Position numbers and translations under genes: made by a program. From Chromera velia (lineage: Eukaryota), in NCBI GenBank assembly GCA_018398765.1, contig JAHBMJ010000295.1:1-51261 (forward strand): 51,261 nt of DNA, read 5' to 3'. Positions 50,004 through 51,261 of the stretch are shown here, piece by piece; positions within the stretch are counted from its first letter, which is position 1, and the number at the start of each line of letters is the position of its first letter. The notes beneath the pieces were generated by a model. It was not told where the DNA came from. It searched no databases and saw only the letters and a list, made by a program, of their open reading frames with translations.

Positions 50004-50471
50004 ATGACACTGATTCCTGCCCCAGTGCTAAAGTGGTGGCTGGTGGGGGTCGCTTCCTTTCGTGGGCTCGCAGTTGTTCTAGGTTATTTCTTCATTGACA
50101 AAGTGAAAAGCTCAGTGTTCTCCTTGGCACCCTCCCAAGTTTCGGATCTTCAGGGTCGCACCTTCGCACAGTGGACACTTGCCACATGTACAGTAACGCT
50201 CTTTTGTGCTTTTAACCTTTCGAGTAAACCCCTGTTTGTCGCAACCTGGCTCACCTTTTTCGCAGCCGTCTCCTTTTTCTTTGCGGAACTGTTCGTGTAC
50301 GGATCTGTGACTTGGAGGAATCTGGTGGGTCCTCTCGTGTTTGGAGGGGGGTCCCTTGTTTTGATGGGGATCTTTTACGTGGAGAATTTTCTTCCACCAG
50401 GAGACAAAAACGATCCAGCAGCCTCACACGCAGTGAAAGCGGGGGTGTCCCATGCAGCAAAAGCGCGTTAG
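50004..50471 (+). CDS. ERG28: Ergosterol biosynthesis protein 28 homolog (ER membrane scaffold)
   Basis: 155-aa intronless ORF with LKWWLVGVAS near the N-terminus, QVSDLQGRTFAQWT (matches the family motif RTFGxWT), a KPLFVATWLTF segment and FFAELFVYGSV. Confidence 0.88.
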   Translation: MTLIPAPVLKWWLVGVASFRGLAVVLGYFFIDKVKSSVFSLAPSQVSDLQGRTFAQWTLATCTVTLFCAFNLSSKPLFVATWLTFFAAVSFFFAELFVYGSVTWRNLVGPLVFGGGSLVLMGIFYVENFLPPGDKNDPAASHAVKAGVSHAAKAR

Positions 50472-50809
50472 TTAACTGAAGTTGGGTGAGGAATAGAATT
50501 TGCCGGCGGAGTGGGGGTCCAATTTTGACTGCGTGTGTGTCATGGATCAAAAAGTAGGACAGACGATTTTGTAGACTGCAGTGCGCCCTGTTTGGACAAC
50601 AAAATTGGAAACGGAAAAATTTTGGTGGAGGTTTATCGTATATCACCGTCCTGAGACAGGCGGCTAATTTCGTCAGAGTACGCATTGCAAGCTTGGTTCT
50701 GTTCAGCCGTGACCCACACACGCATGAAACCCACACGCATCAAAAAGCACACGCCAGCATATGCGCGCATGGAGAGACAGGCTTACAGACGAATGCACGC
50801 ACGATGACT

Positions 50810-50894
50810 CACACCACACACACACACACACATACACACATACACACACACGCACCCACACACATACGCACATACATACATACACACACAGAGA

Positions 50895-50927
<33 letters not shown>

Positions 50928-51261
50928 GAGAGAGAGAGAGAGATTGAGGTGAGAGAGTGAGAGAGAGAAAGAAGGAAAGAAAGAAAGAAAGAGAAAGAAA
51001 GAATGAAAGAAGGAAGGAAGGAAAGAAGGAAAGAAGGAAGCAAAGAAGGAAACAAAGGAAGAACGAAGAAAAGAGAGCACCAGCATCGAGGAAGGCACAG
51101 GCATCGCCGCACAAAAGCACCCAACCACCCGTCACCTGCCGCCTCCCTCCTGCTGCATGCTTCTTGAGGGAATCCGTCAAGTAAGCAGGAAGGAAGAAAG
51201 AGAAAGAAACAGAAAGAAAAAGAAAGAAAAAAAAGAAAGAAAGAAAGAAAGAAAGAAAGAA
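50810..51261. repeat. Microsatellite and low-complexity tract (CA, poly-G, GA, GAAA), probably intronic or UTR
   Basis: Directly visible simple repeats. Confidence 0.9.

Overview
Eukaryotic, intron-rich genomic DNA with GT-AG introns full of microsatellites, TGCATGCA-rich promoters and two assembly gaps. The style suggests a chromerid or other apicomplexan-related alveolate such as Chromera velia (inference only). About eight protein genes can be read by hand: a partial coiled-coil protein (-), a secreted or membrane hypothetical protein (+), an EamA/DMT transporter (+), a frameshifted ankyrin/coiled-coil/DFD-kinase/RING1-RING2 locus (+), a long 14-exon hypothetical protein (-), a WD40-like protein (+), a transmembrane RING-H2 E3 ligase (-) and an intronless ERG28 (+). 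The 40.8-45.6 kb intergenic block holds three TIR elements with 8-bp target-site duplications (hAT-like): one has a BED-finger remnant and one carries a Cys/His-rich exon. The most unusual signals are (1) TpA/CTAG-rich intergenic islands plus several apparent CpA->TpA changes, suggesting RIP-like hypermutation outside fungi; (2) four independent 35-45 bp duplications of exon/splice-site junctions, each with AT-rich filler and an out-of-frame decoy splice site; (3) the kinase fused to an IBR-less RBR-like ligase; and (4) an intronic repeat in inverted orientation on both sides of one exon. All gene models are manual, and no database searches were run.
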